Shown one piece after another: positions 36,550 to 48,544 of a DNA stretch of 64,000 nt (its first letter is position 1; each line of letters opens with the position of its first letter). The translations under genes were made by a program, and so were the position numbers. Source of the DNA: Octopus sinensis (taxonomy: Eukaryota); NCBI RefSeq assembly GCF_006345805.1, contig NC_042997.1:63054001-63118000 (forward strand), written 5' to 3'. The notes beneath the pieces were generated by a model. The model was not told the DNA's origin. It worked only from the letters and a program-made list of their open reading frames with translations, and did no database searches.

Positions 36550-37800
36550 TACTTTCTGGGTGAACCATCGATACTTCTCCTGCCTCCTCTGCACATTCTT
36601 ATGCACCATACAACTCCTTCGGCTACCACTACATATTCCTGAGCACTGTACCAATTCTCCTATTACCTCTATACATTATTCTGTACTCTGCCACTTTCCC
36701 TGCTACCTCGACAAATTCTTCTGCACTATATCAATCTTGCCACACCTCTGCAAATTCCTCCGTACGATGCTACTTCTCCTGCCACTTCTGCACATTCTTC
36801 TGCTCTATACAAATTCTCCTGCTACCTCTGTGCATTATACCAACTCTCTTGCCACTTCTACAAATTATTCTGCATTATACCACTTCTCCTACCACCTCTG
36901 CAAATTCTTCGGTGCGATGCTACTTCTGCCACTTCTACAAATTTTCTGCTCTATATCAAGTCTCCTGCTACCACTACATATTCCTATGACTATACGACTA
37001 TTCCTGCAATTTTTGCACATTCTTGTGTGCTATACCACTTCTACTACTATTGCACACACTTGTGCAATCACGCACATCTCTTCTTCGCCCGTCACAGTGC
37101 ATTTTTGCTGCAGTTAACCATAACACTTCTGTCTCCAAAAAACATTCTTGTGCCGCTTACTCTGGTACCACTACCTAATATAGTGCAACGGTATCATACC
37201 ATATCACCTGACAGAGCAGAATATTGTGATGCGGTTGTAGACTTCTCCTGCCACTGCTGTTCTTTCTAGTACGACAGTTCCCTTTCTACTGCCACCTCTA
37301 CATATTCTAGTGCAACTACAGATTTCTCCTGCCACTACTGTGCATTTTAGTGCACCAATACTGCTTCTGTTATCATTCTGTCTTTTAGCTCAACCATACC
37401 GCCTCTTTCATCACTGTACTTTCTGATGCGACAGTATCACCAGCTGCCACCTCTGCACATTCTAATGCAACTACAGACTTCTTCTACTACTCTACATTCT
37501 GGTGCACCCGTAATACTACTTCTGTTATCATTCTGTCTTCTAGCGCAGCCATACCGCTTCTTCCATCACTGCACTTTCTGATGCAACGGTATCACTTCTA
37601 CTATTCCCTCTGCACATTCTAGTGCAACTATAACACTTGCAGCTTTCACCTTGAGCATCCTGCTGCACTTTACTACTTACTCTGCCACCTGAGTATATTC
37701 AATCACTATATCATTTCTGTTACCGTAGCTTATCCTGACTCCAATCCAGCACTTCTGTTACCATTGCATACTGTAGTTCAATTACACCACTTCTCATGCT
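36550..37800. repeat. Degenerate ~40-bp minisatellite with a ~156-bp higher-order duplication
   Basis: ttctcct anchors at 36774, 36814, 36844 (short unit) and 36884; unit ~ttctcctgccacctctgcacattcttctgcactataccac; blocks ~37290-37443 and ~37444-37600 are collinear. Confidence 0.75.
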
Positions 37801-38962
37801 ACCACCGTACCTCTTAGAACGGCCGTTCAACTTTTACACTACGATACTAGTACAATGTTTCTACTGCTACTGCTACCGTTATAGATTCTGGTACAACTTA
37901 CCGTGCCACTTCACCCGCTACTACTGTGCATTCTTACGCAAATATACCACTTTTACCATTGCATTATATGATGCAAGCATGCAACTCCCCCTGCTAACCT
38001 CATTATGTGTAACTACAGCACCTCCCTAATTTAAACACTGCAACTTCTTCTGCAACTGTTGCACTTATCCATGTTACCGTAGCATTTTCATCTATCATGA
38101 ACAGTGAGGGAGGTCCCGATGAGATTGTTGTTTTTATCGCTAGTCTGTTGCTGTTTTCGTTTAGTGCCAATACAGTCATTACCGAACAAACGTGCAAACA
38201 AAGACTTTTCAGGCGTGATCGTCCTGCCTTTTTCCAATGCGCAGAGGAACCAAGATCGCATTCTATAACGTATCATTTTTTAAGACCTAAGACCGGCAGG
38301 GTGTGATTTGAGAGAGATTTGATTACTATTACTAGTAAATGGAGCGACTGCATACGTACTCCCTAGTTGGATCCCTCGTCTATGGGGTCGCTCAATCTAC
38401 TAGAAGAAGTAATGCAAACCTCCCTCAATCCATTCTGTGTTGTTTTATATAAAGAAGGGCGCATTTAACAAAGTAGAAAAAAGAAGAAAAAGTGGGATGA
38501 GCACACGTGGGATGCCTGTGATTCTACATGTACTCGATCAGGGCTGACTTGGGCCTAAACAACAACAGACTTCGTAGTTCAGCTTCTCTCCTCCTTCGAC
38601 TGAAAGCGCAATATTTCTAACCAATGAAAGAGACGTTCCGAACTCATTTGAACTGCTAGAAATACCAACTAATTCTTTTAAAAAATGTTACCTACTGTCT
38701 TGAAAAAAAAAAGGATAATGTATCCCTAGACAAATCATTACACTCTATCGAGAGCCTACAAATGAAGCACCAGAGTCTGCTGATCTGCTAGAAATAGTAG
38801 CCAAATTTTCTTATGATCTCAACCTACAATCTCATGAAAAAAGCGAAAAAAAAAAAAAACCCGGAATAGTCACGGCTAAAGCATTTTCGATCGAAGTGGT
38901 ATTGCTCATTCCAAGCTGGCTTAGGGACAACAACAACAACAACTACGAGCATACACTGTGAC

Positions 38963-39447
38963 TTTCTTTTCTACTCCAGACACAAGGCCCGACATTTTTG
39001 GGGAAGAGGGGCTAGTCGATTAGATCAACCCCAGTACGCAACTGGTACTTAATTTATCGACTCCAAAAGGATAAAAGGCAAAATGTCGACCTCGGCGGAA
39101 TTTGAACTCAGAACGTAAAGACAGACGAAATACCTATTTCTTTACTACCCACAAGAGGCTAAACATAGAGTGGGCAAACAAGTACAGACAACGGGGATTA
39201 AGTCGATTACATCGACCCCAGTGCGTAATTGGTACTTAATTTATCGACCCCCGAAAGGATGAAAGGCAAAGTCGACCTCGGCAACGTAACGGCAGACGAA
39301 ACGGCAGACGAAATACCTATTTCTTTACTACCAACAAGGAGCTAAACACAGAGGGGACAAACAAGGACAGACAAACGGATTAAGTCGATTATATCGACCC
39401 CAGTGCGTAACTGGTACTTATTTAATCGACCCCGAAAGGATGAAAGG
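38963..39447 (-). mobile_element. Meta-domain tRNA-SINE with internally repeated body
   Basis: Minus strand B box GAGTTCAAATTCC and Meta-like GTCGACTTTGCCTTTCATCCTTTCGGGGTCGATAAATTAAGTACCA occur repeatedly. Confidence 0.9.
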
Positions 39448-39529
39448 GTCGATTATAGGAATTTTACGCGGGTGGACCCTCCGAGTCATTCTTTTTTGTT
39501 TTAGAACATCCTATTATATTTTTAATATT

Positions 39530-39715
39530 GGTTTCAAATTTAGGTACAAGACCAGCAAGTTCAAGGGATGACGGTAAAATCGATTACTTATTTTATCGAC
39601 GTCAAAAGGATAAAAGGCAAAGTCGAATTCGGCGGAATTTGAACTCAGAGCATAAAGGCAGACAAAACGCCAGTAAGCATTTTGTCCGGCGTGCAAACGA
39701 TTCTGCCAGCTCTCC
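39530..39715 (-). mobile_element. Meta-domain SINE monomer
   Basis: Head, Meta domain and tail all present. Confidence 0.85.
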
Positions 39716-39858
39716 TATTAAATATCATTAGGAATTGCATTAAAACATGTTAAAATACATTGTGCATTTTATTGCACATAAATTTTAATAAAATCTTATA
39801 TGGACCTCCAAGAGCCATACAGATCCTAATTAAAAGCATTCGCTCTAAACTGTAGAGG

Positions 39859-40010
39859 CAGGGAAGTGCCCGGTCACGGGCAAACTGCAGCCTGTGAGAT
39901 TTTCTGAATGGCATGCCAAAGAAGAAAGTATCTTGAATTTTTTTAGTGGTGCGGTCCGGCTGATAACGAGCCCATTCGGCCCGCTTCTTGAGAAAATTTT
40001 GCGAATAAAT
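39859..40010 (+). mobile_element. Possible hAT-Charlie-type MITE relic
   Basis: Starts CAGGG... with cggcccg-like motifs at both ends; right end cut by a SINE. Confidence 0.35.
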
Positions 40011-40014
40011 TAAC

Positions 40015-40290
40015 CACAGTACTTAGTCTTCTAAGCTTGGTACTTATTCTATCGGTCTCAATACGGAACAACTAAGTTACAGGACGTAAACACACCAACA
40101 CTGGCTATCAAGCAGTGGCGGTGAGACAAACACGACGGGCTTCTTTCAGTTTCCCTCAACCAAATCCATTCACAAGACTTGGTAGGCCCGAATCTATAGT
40201 AGAAGACACTTTCCCAGGGTTCTACGCAGTGAGACTGAACCCGGAACAATATGGTTGGGAAGCAAACTTCTTACCACACAGCCACGCCTG
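40015..40290 (-). mobile_element. OK/OR-type SINE
   Basis: Collinear with 20889-21298, ending ccacacagccacgcctg. Confidence 0.8.
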
Positions 40291-40429
40291 CTGTCTTTAC
40301 TCACACCCTTAATGATGGGTATCCACGATCAGAACCATCTTGGGCCTAGATAACAGCTACTGTAAAACTATAACATGAACTGCTGTTGTCATTAATCCTA
40401 TACGTATAAAAACATCAAAATCCGCTGCT

Positions 40430-40433
40430 TCTG

Positions 40434-40499
<66 letters not shown>

Positions 40500-40945
40500 T
40501 GTCTACTACAACCGTCACTGCTACTGTTAAGACTACTATATCCTCTCTACTGGTATTGATACTACAATGACTGAACACTCACCACCACCACCACTTCAAC
40601 CAACATTATCATCACTACCACCACCACTACCCGCCACCACTACTACTACTACTACTACTACAACACCATCTTTAGATATCACTTCCACCCCCATTGCAAC
40701 TACTCTACTACTGCTGCGCCTGCTGCTCTTCCTCCTCTATCTACTACTACTACTACTACTACTACTACATCTACTGCTATTACAACTACCACTGTCACCA
40801 CCAGGACTACAACCACTTCACCCACAACTACCACTACTAACAACTACATCCGCCACTGCTATTGCTGCCATTACAACCCATAAAACTATTACTGCTGCTG
40901 CTACTACTACTACTACTTCTACTACTACTACTACTGCTACTTCAC
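40430..40945. repeat. (CTA)n and cryptic CTA/CCA repeats
   Basis: Direct reading. Confidence 0.92.
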
Positions 40946-41131
40946 ACAATGTACTAGAAATAGCAGTCAAATCTCTTCTAAAACGGACCTTAAAGCATGA
41001 AATGAAGTTCACATAATATAGATCTCGACACTAGTTTTAAATAAATAAATATATATATAAATATATATATATAAATTAGTAATAGCAGTTGCAGTACCAG
41101 CGGCGGCAGCAGCAGTAGTGATAGTAGTAGT

Positions 41132-41167
<36 letters not shown>

Positions 41168-41699
41168 TATAAAACAGGATGGTCAGGCCGGAATGTCTTT
41201 GATCATGTTTTAGCTCATCTCTGGTTGATCAGGTGCCTCAGCAGCAACAACAGCAAAAACAAAAACAACAACAGCAACAACAACCACAACAACAACAGCA
41301 GCACCATTAACCACAAGTATTCCCAACAGGTTACTTTCTCATATTAACACTACAATTTCAAAAGAGTGTTACCTCTAAAGCTTCAATAAAAATCACATGA
41401 TGTATGTATATCTGCAACTACTGCTATTGTCACGCTCATATTCTGTCGATGTTTCTCTACTTTTCCCCCCGCTACTATTTCACTTTTTGCTCTGACACCA
41501 GGTTTGATTCTACCTTCGTGTTTTTTTCCAAAGCATCAACTTTTTTTTTTCTACCACTCCACGTTTAGTGTCTTTCATCACTCCACATTCTGATTCTCCC
41601 ACCACACTACAAAGCTTTTCAACTTATATCATAATACTTAACCGACACAGCTACTTCAGCTTCTGAAGTGCTGTGGAACTGATTTTGCTAGTAGTAGTG

Positions 41700-41738
<39 letters not shown>

Positions 41739-41774
41739 ATGATGATAATAATAATAATAATAATAATAATAATA

Positions 41775-42090
41775 GTGTTGATAGGGATTCTTTGGGGTTT
41801 GAATAACTCACCTCTGGAAACATAGGTGTTTCGTTCAACATCCTTAAACAACCCTTATTCAGGGACCGTTTGAGCGCGATGGGTTACTCGACCAGAAGAA
41901 AATTCTAACTGGGCCCCACCTGCAAGGTCATGTGCTATTTATCTTGATATGAAATCACCATGTCGCGCACATAAGGTTGTGATGTATGTGCCTAGTGTAC
42001 CCTTATCAGACAGGTAGTCATGATGGGTATACTGGGCTTCATATATTTTACCCCAGTGTCACTTTGATGGCATGCACTGATCTCTCACGC
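41775..42090 (+). mobile_element. 560-bp retroposon copy B (5'-truncated)
   Basis: Matches the 3' ~315 bp of copy A; (AAT)n on both sides. Confidence 0.9.
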
Positions 42091-42114
42091 AATAATAATA
42101 ATAATAATAATAAT

Positions 42115-42482
42115 ATTTCTACTGACAGCACAAGGCCTCAAATTTTGGGGAAGGGAAGGACCCCGGCGCGTAATTAGTACTTATTTCATCGACCACGAAA
42201 GGATGAAAGACAAAGTTTACCTCGGCGGAATTTGAACTCAGAACGTAGCGGCAGACGAAATACCTATTACTTTACTACCCACAAGGGGCTAAACACAGAG
42301 GACAAACAAGGACAGACAAACAGATAAACTCGATTATATCGACCCCAGTGCGTAACTGGTACTTATTTAATCGACCCCGAAAGGATGAAAGGTAAAGTCG
42401 ACATCGGCGGAATTTGAACTCAGAACGTAGCGGCAGACGAAATACCGCTAAGCATTTTGCCAGGCGTGCTAACGATTCTGCC

Positions 42483-42483
<1 letters not shown>
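42115..42483 (-). mobile_element. Meta-domain SINE (duplicated-body form), unit 1
   Basis: About 4 differences from 43146-43514, sharing the same private deletion. Confidence 0.92.
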
Positions 42484-42555
<72 letters not shown>

Positions 42556-42561
42556 TGATGA

Positions 42562-43121
42562 TGATATGCCCTGATGCAGTACCAGGCACTGGCTCTCATG
42601 GCTTCTGATCTTAACTGATTGGAAGTGTTATCATGTACATTGTTTTGTCTTGGTATAAAAGATGGGCTACAGCAAATATTCTGCTCAATACCACAGATTT
42701 GCTTGTCAGTTGTTTGACCTTAACCAGTTGAGCATGTCCCTTAGTGGCTGACGATATGTGCATCTCTGATCACGAGCAGAAGTAGTGGGGGAGCATCATA
42801 GCCATGTGTTGAGAGGGATTCTTTGGGGTTTGAATAGTTCACCTCTGGAAACATGGGTGGTTCTTTCAACATCCTTAAACAACCCTTATTCAGGGACCGT
42901 TTGAGCGGGATGGGCTACTCAACCCGAAGAAAATTCTAACTGGGCCCCACCTGCAAGGTCATGTGCTGTTTATCTTGATATGAGATCACCATGTCGCGCA
43001 CATATGGTTGTGATGTATGTGCCTAGTGTACCCTTATCAGACAGGTAGTCATGATGGGTATACTGGGCTTCATATATTTTACCCCAGTGTCACTTTGATG
43101 GCATGCACTGCTCTCTCACGC
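42562..43121 (+). mobile_element. 560-bp retroposon copy C (recombinant of D and B)
   Basis: 5' part carries copy-D alleles; 3' part carries copy-B alleles. Confidence 0.92.
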
Positions 43122-43145
43122 AATAATAATAATAATAATAATAAT

Positions 43146-43513
43146 ATTTCTACTGGCAGCACAAGGCCTCAAATTTTGGGGAAGGGAACGACCCCGGCGC
43201 GTAATTGGTACTTATTTCATCGACCACGAAAGGATGAAAGACAAAGTTTACCTCGGCGGAATTTGAACTCAGAACGTAGCGGCAGACAAAATACCTATTA
43301 CTTTACTACCCACAAGGGGCTAAACACAGAGGACAAACAAGGACAGACAAACAGATAAACTCGATTATATCGACCCCAGTGCGTAACTGGTACTTATTTA
43401 ATCGACCCCGAAAGGATGAAAGGTAAAGTCGACATCGGCGGAATTTGAACTCAGAACGTAGCGGCAGACGAAATACCGCTAAGCATTTTGCCAGGCGTGC
43501 TAACGATTCTGCC

Positions 43514-43514
<1 letters not shown>
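43146..43514 (-). mobile_element. Meta-domain SINE (duplicated-body form), unit 2
   Basis: Near-identical to 42115-42483. Confidence 0.92.
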
Positions 43515-43546
<32 letters not shown>

Positions 43547-43581
43547 TAATAATAATATAATAATAATAATAATGATGATGA

Positions 43582-44141
43582 TGATATGCCCTGATGCAGT
43601 ACCAGGCAGTGGCTCTCATGGCTTCTGATCTTAACTGATTGGAAGTGTTATCATGTACATTGTTTTGTCTTGGTATAAAAGATGGGCTACAGCAAATATT
43701 CTGCTCAATACCACAGATTTGCTTGTCAGTTGTTTGACCTTAACCAGTTGAGCATGTCCCTTAGTGGCTGACGATATGTGCATCTCTGATCACGAGCAGA
43801 AGTAGTGGGGGAGCATCATAGCCATGTGTTGAGAGGGATTCTTTGGGGTTTGAATAGTTCACCTCTGGAAACATGGGTGGTTCTTTCAACATCCTTAAAC
43901 AACCCTTATTCAGGGACCGTTTGAGCGGGATGGGCTACTCAACCTGAAGAAAATCCTAACTGGGCCCCACCTGCAAGGTCATGTGCTGTTTATCTTGATA
44001 TGAGATCACCATGTCGCGCACATATGGTTGTGATGCATGTGCCTGGTGTAACTTTATCAGACGGGTAGTCATGATGGGTATATTGGGCTTCGTATATTTT
44101 ACCCCAGTGTCACTTTGATGGCATGAACTGCTCTCTCACTT
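43582..44141 (+). mobile_element. 560-bp retroposon copy D
   Basis: Full-length match to copy A; (AAT)n flanks. Confidence 0.92.
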
Positions 44142-44180
44142 AATAATAATAATAATAATAATATTAATAATAATAATAAT

Positions 44181-46177
44181 TCTTTCTCTATTGGCCACCA
44201 GGGTCGAACACAAAACATAGAGGACGATACACAGACGGGGGACAGTGAGACTAAACATGTAAACATCCAGCAAACTCAACGATCAACAAAGAGATTAAAT
44301 CAACAATAGGCTTCCCCAATAGGGGAAGTTTCACCGTAAGGTGACCAAAAAGACCTCATGCACTTTAGACACCTTAACGCCAAAGGCTCCTCAGGAAGGC
44401 ACCCTTTCATCTCCCTTCCATCCGGCATAGAGGCGCACACTTAGAGTAGGCCCATTCACGCAGGCCATTCTTGCCACATTCAGCCACCTTTCAACGAACT
44501 TACTGGGTGACAGTACCTCCTTCTCCCGCCTCATTTTGCTTTGCGGGTGGAACCTGAAAAATTCAGAGGTCTTGACCAAAGAGGAAGGTACCCGTCTTTA
44601 ACCTTTTCAATTGTGTCCACCTCACGACGTCTTTTGCCATATCTACCAGACAGAGAAAAATTGCCCTCCCTTCCCGGCCAAAGGAAGGAGGCGGAGCGAT
44701 CTTCACAATGGACTCGGATGATAGCCGGATCCGTCCTACACGTGATAATAACTGTTCAACAAAGCTCTACAAGTCAGTAATGTGCGGACACTGTAGGAGA
44801 GCATGCAGAACAATTTCATCGCTCCGCGTCCATCTCGGACAGGCCCGATTGACTGCACACCCGTGCCTGTAGAACTTGTCACGTACCTGCAGCATCTCCC
44901 GGTAGCACTGCCAGGCCAGGTATTTCTGGAAGTTATCTATTGTTCCCGGCCCGAAATTCTTTGAAGAGACAGAGAGTTGATCTCCCTCGACACCCAGGAC
45001 CTCTCCGAGTATATCGTTGCTGTTGCCCTTCACTAATCCACTATACAACTCCAAGGTGGAACTTCCACTGACTCTATTGTCCGACTGGCTGAAGGCTGTG
45101 AGCGCTGGGAGACACTCCTGACTAGGTCTACGCCTGATTCACGACTGTAGCTCTATCAAGGAAACGAGCTGCATTCAACAAACGACGACCGCACATGCTC
45201 ACCGTTAAGGTATCGTTGGAAATTTCGCAGTCTCAGCGCATGTCTGCGCATCCTCAATCACGGTATACCCAATCCTCCACGGAACGGGTGATGACAGCGA
45301 ATGGATCGTCTGACAAGCGGTACTGTTCCCTCCACAGGAAGCGGAAGAGCAAACGCATCAGCTCCTTCAGCCAGAAAGCGGGCAAGGGACGACAGTCAGG
45401 CGGTAGCACATGACGGATGCGATGTACGCATTCGCCACCACCACCCTACCTTTCAGGGACAGCTTCCTCCCGACCCATTTCTGGGTGAGACTGGCGACCC
45501 TCTTTGTTACCTAGTCCGAGTTCTTGTCCACTTGGAAATCTGGACCGAACCAGACACCGAGCAACTTAACAGGTCCTTCTGTCCAGCGCCACACAATGCT
45601 ATCGGTTGGAACGGGCCTACCTCTCAAGTTTCCGGGCTGCAAGCCCTCTGACTTCTCCTAGTTGATCTTGCTCCGGTCACCGCTTCGTACTCCCTTAGAG
45701 TAGTGCCGACCATCTCAATTTCCGAGATGTCAAACAATATCACGGTGACGTCGTCCGTATACGTCGACACGAACCTTCCGCATCCCAGTTTACGTGGGAT
45801 GTCACTTGGAACCTCAAGCTTCCGCAGTAATGGCTCGAATTCTAGTACGAATTGACGGACCGAACGTGCAATACTAAACAATTCCTAGAGGTGGCCCTTT
45901 ACTTTGACCACCGAACAGATGTCGCTGTACATTGCAGCAATCCAGTCTCTGAAAACGGAGGACAACCTCTAAGTACAGATGGTCGACCCTATCAAAAGCT
46001 TTCGATTGATCCAAATGGACCAGGGCCCTATCCATGCCAGGTTCTTTACCACTCCTCTCTATGATGTATCGCGTGAGGTATAAGTTGTTGTGTATAGTTC
46101 TGCTGGGGATAGCGCAAGTCTGCGCAACATCCGTCAGTCTGTCAACGACAAGCGGCAGTCTCTTTGCTAACACCTTC
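44181..46177 (-). mobile_element. 5'-truncated Tx1/L1-clade LINE (RT to 3' UTR), frameshifted
   Basis: KVLAKRLPLVVDRL...AQTCAIPSRTIHNNL...LDQSKAFDRVDH, LEPLLRKLE...STYTDDVTV...YEAVTG, C-terminal CPRW...LHALLQCP; 3' end GGCCAATAGAGAAAGA-(ATT)n; (AAT)n at both junctions. Confidence 0.92.
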
Positions 46178-46199
46178 AATAATAATAATAACAACAATA

Positions 46200-46845
46200 T
46201 TCCTTTCTACTATAGGATCAAGGCCTGCAATTTTGGGGGAGGGAGATGATCGATTTCAATGACTCATGTACATGATTGGTACTTAATTTATCAAGGCCAA
46301 GAGGATGAAAAGGGAAGTTGACCTCAGCGCAATTTGAGCTCAGAACGTAAGAAACGGGAAGACATGCAGTTAAACATTTTCTCCGACGCGCTAACACCTT
46401 TGCTGGTTCGCCGCCATTGTTTCAAAGTCTGGCGCAAGGCCAACATTGCTTTTTGTTTGTCGATTACTTTGATACAGGTACTTGACTGTTACTTTATTTT
46501 ATCGACCCTGAAAAGATCACATGCTAAATTGACCCCGACAGTATTTAAACTCAGAACTTGAGGACGGATGAAAGCCGCTAAGCATTCTGTCCGGCGTGCT
46601 AGAAATTTTGCCAGCTTACTGTCTTAATAATTCTTTTTGGCTATAAGCAGAAGGCCTGAAATTTTGGGGTAGGGGACTAGACAATTATATCGAGCCCAGT
46701 TCAAGACTGGTATTTTATTATATTAACCTCAACCGGATGAAAGGCAAAGACGACCTCACCAACGTTTGAACTCAGAACGCAAGGACGAACGAAATACTGG
46801 TAAACGTTTTACCGGAGTGCTAACAATTCTGCCAGCCCGCTGCCT
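46200..46845 (-). mobile_element. Head-to-tail train of three Meta-domain SINE monomers (~46200-46415, 46420-46625, 46632-46845)
   Basis: Tail-body-head pattern repeats three times; copies are mutually diverged. Confidence 0.85.
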
Positions 46846-46856
46846 TAATAATAATG

Positions 46857-46910
<54 letters not shown>

Positions 46911-46929
46911 TAATAATAATAATAATAAT

Positions 46930-47485
46930 TTGCCCTCATACAGTACCAGGCAGTGGCTCTCATGGCTTCTGATCTTAACAGATTGGAAGTGTTATCATGT
47001 ACATTGTTATGTCTTGGTATAAAAGATGGGCTACAGCAAATATTCTGCTCAATACCACAGATTTGCTTGTCAGTTGTTTGACCATAACCAGTTGAGCATG
47101 TCCCTTAGTGGCTGGCGATATGTGCATCTCTGATCACGAGCAGAAGTAGTGGGGGAGCATCATAGCCATGTGTTGAGAGGGATTCTTTGGGGTTTGAATA
47201 ATTCACCTTTGGAAACATGGGTGGTTCTTTCAACATCCTTAAACAACCCTTATTCAGGGACCTTTTGAGCGGGATGGGCTACTCAACCTGAAGAAATTTC
47301 TAACTGAGCCCCACCTGCAAGGTCATGTGCTGTTTATCTTGATATGAGATCACCATGTCGCGCGCATATGGTTGTGATGAATGTGCTTGGTGTACCCTTA
47401 TCAGACGGGTAGTCATGATGGGTATATTGGGCTTCGTATATTTTACCCCAGTGTCACTTTGATGGCATGAACTGCTCTCTCACTC
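46930..47485 (+). mobile_element. 560-bp retroposon copy E
   Basis: Near full-length, starts tgccctcatacagtaccagg; (AAT)n flanks. Confidence 0.92.
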
Positions 47486-47494
47486 AATAATAAT

Positions 47495-47936
47495 AATGAT
47501 TTCAAATTTTGCCACAAGGGCAGCCATTTTGGGGTGAGGGGATAAATCGATTACATCAACCCCAGTACTCAACTGGTACTTATTTTATCGACCATTAAAG
47601 GATGAAGGGCTAAGTCTACCTCGGCGGAATTTGAACTCAGAACGTGAAAACGGAAGAAATACCCCTAAGCATTTCGCCCGGTGTGCTAACGATTCTACCA
47701 GCTTCTGGGGTTAGGGGATAAATCGCTTCTACTAAAGGCTCAAAATATGACATTTTGGGGAAGGTGACTAGTCATTTATATCGGCCCCAGTGCTTTACTG
47801 TTACTTAATGTATCGAGCCCGAAAGGATGAAAAGCAAAGTCAACCTCGGTGGTATTTGAACTCAGAACGTAGTGACAGACGGAACAACGCTAAGCATTTC
47901 GCCCGGCGTGCTAACGGTTCTCTCAGCTGATCGCCT

Positions 47937-48003
<67 letters not shown>

Positions 48004-48420
48004 TAATGAGGATGATGATAATAATAATAATGCTTTCCATTATAGGCACAAGGCCTGGAATTTTGGGGGAGGGGGCCAATCGATTAGATCGATCCCAGTA
48101 CGCAACTGGTACTTAATTTATCGACCCCCAAAGTGTGATAGTCAATATCAACCTCGGCGGAATTTGAAATCAGAAAGTAGCAGCAGACGAAATGCCTATT
48201 TTTTTACTACCCACAAGGGGCTAAACAGAGGGGACAAACAAAGACAGACAAACGGATTAAGTTGATTATATCAACCCCAGTGCGTAACTGGTACTTATTT
48301 AATCGACCCCGAAAGGGTGAAAGGCAAAGTCTACCTCGGCGGAATTTGAACTCAGAATGTAACGGCAGACGAAATGCCGCCAAGCATTTCACTGGCGTGC
48401 TAACGATTCTCTCAGCTTAC
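47495..48420 (-). mobile_element. Train of Meta-domain SINEs (~47495-47705, 47706-47938, 48032-48420) separated by (AAT)n
   Basis: Repeated family motifs, all in the same orientation. Confidence 0.85.
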
Positions 48421-48425
48421 TGCTT

Positions 48426-48458
<33 letters not shown>

Positions 48459-48513
48459 TAATAATAATAATAATATAATAATAATAACAACAACAACAAC
48501 AATAATAATAATG

Positions 48514-48544
<31 letters not shown>

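Noticed and set aside
36560-37117. 185-aa ORF and a TSPATSAHSSATT mucin-like reading of the minisatellite
   Set aside because: The unit is 40 bp, not a multiple of 3, so the frame is not preserved between units.
41775-48420. Regularly alternating repeats that might suggest a CRISPR-like array
   Set aside because: Units are hundreds of bp of retroposon sequence with microsatellite spacers; eukaryotic context, no cas genes.
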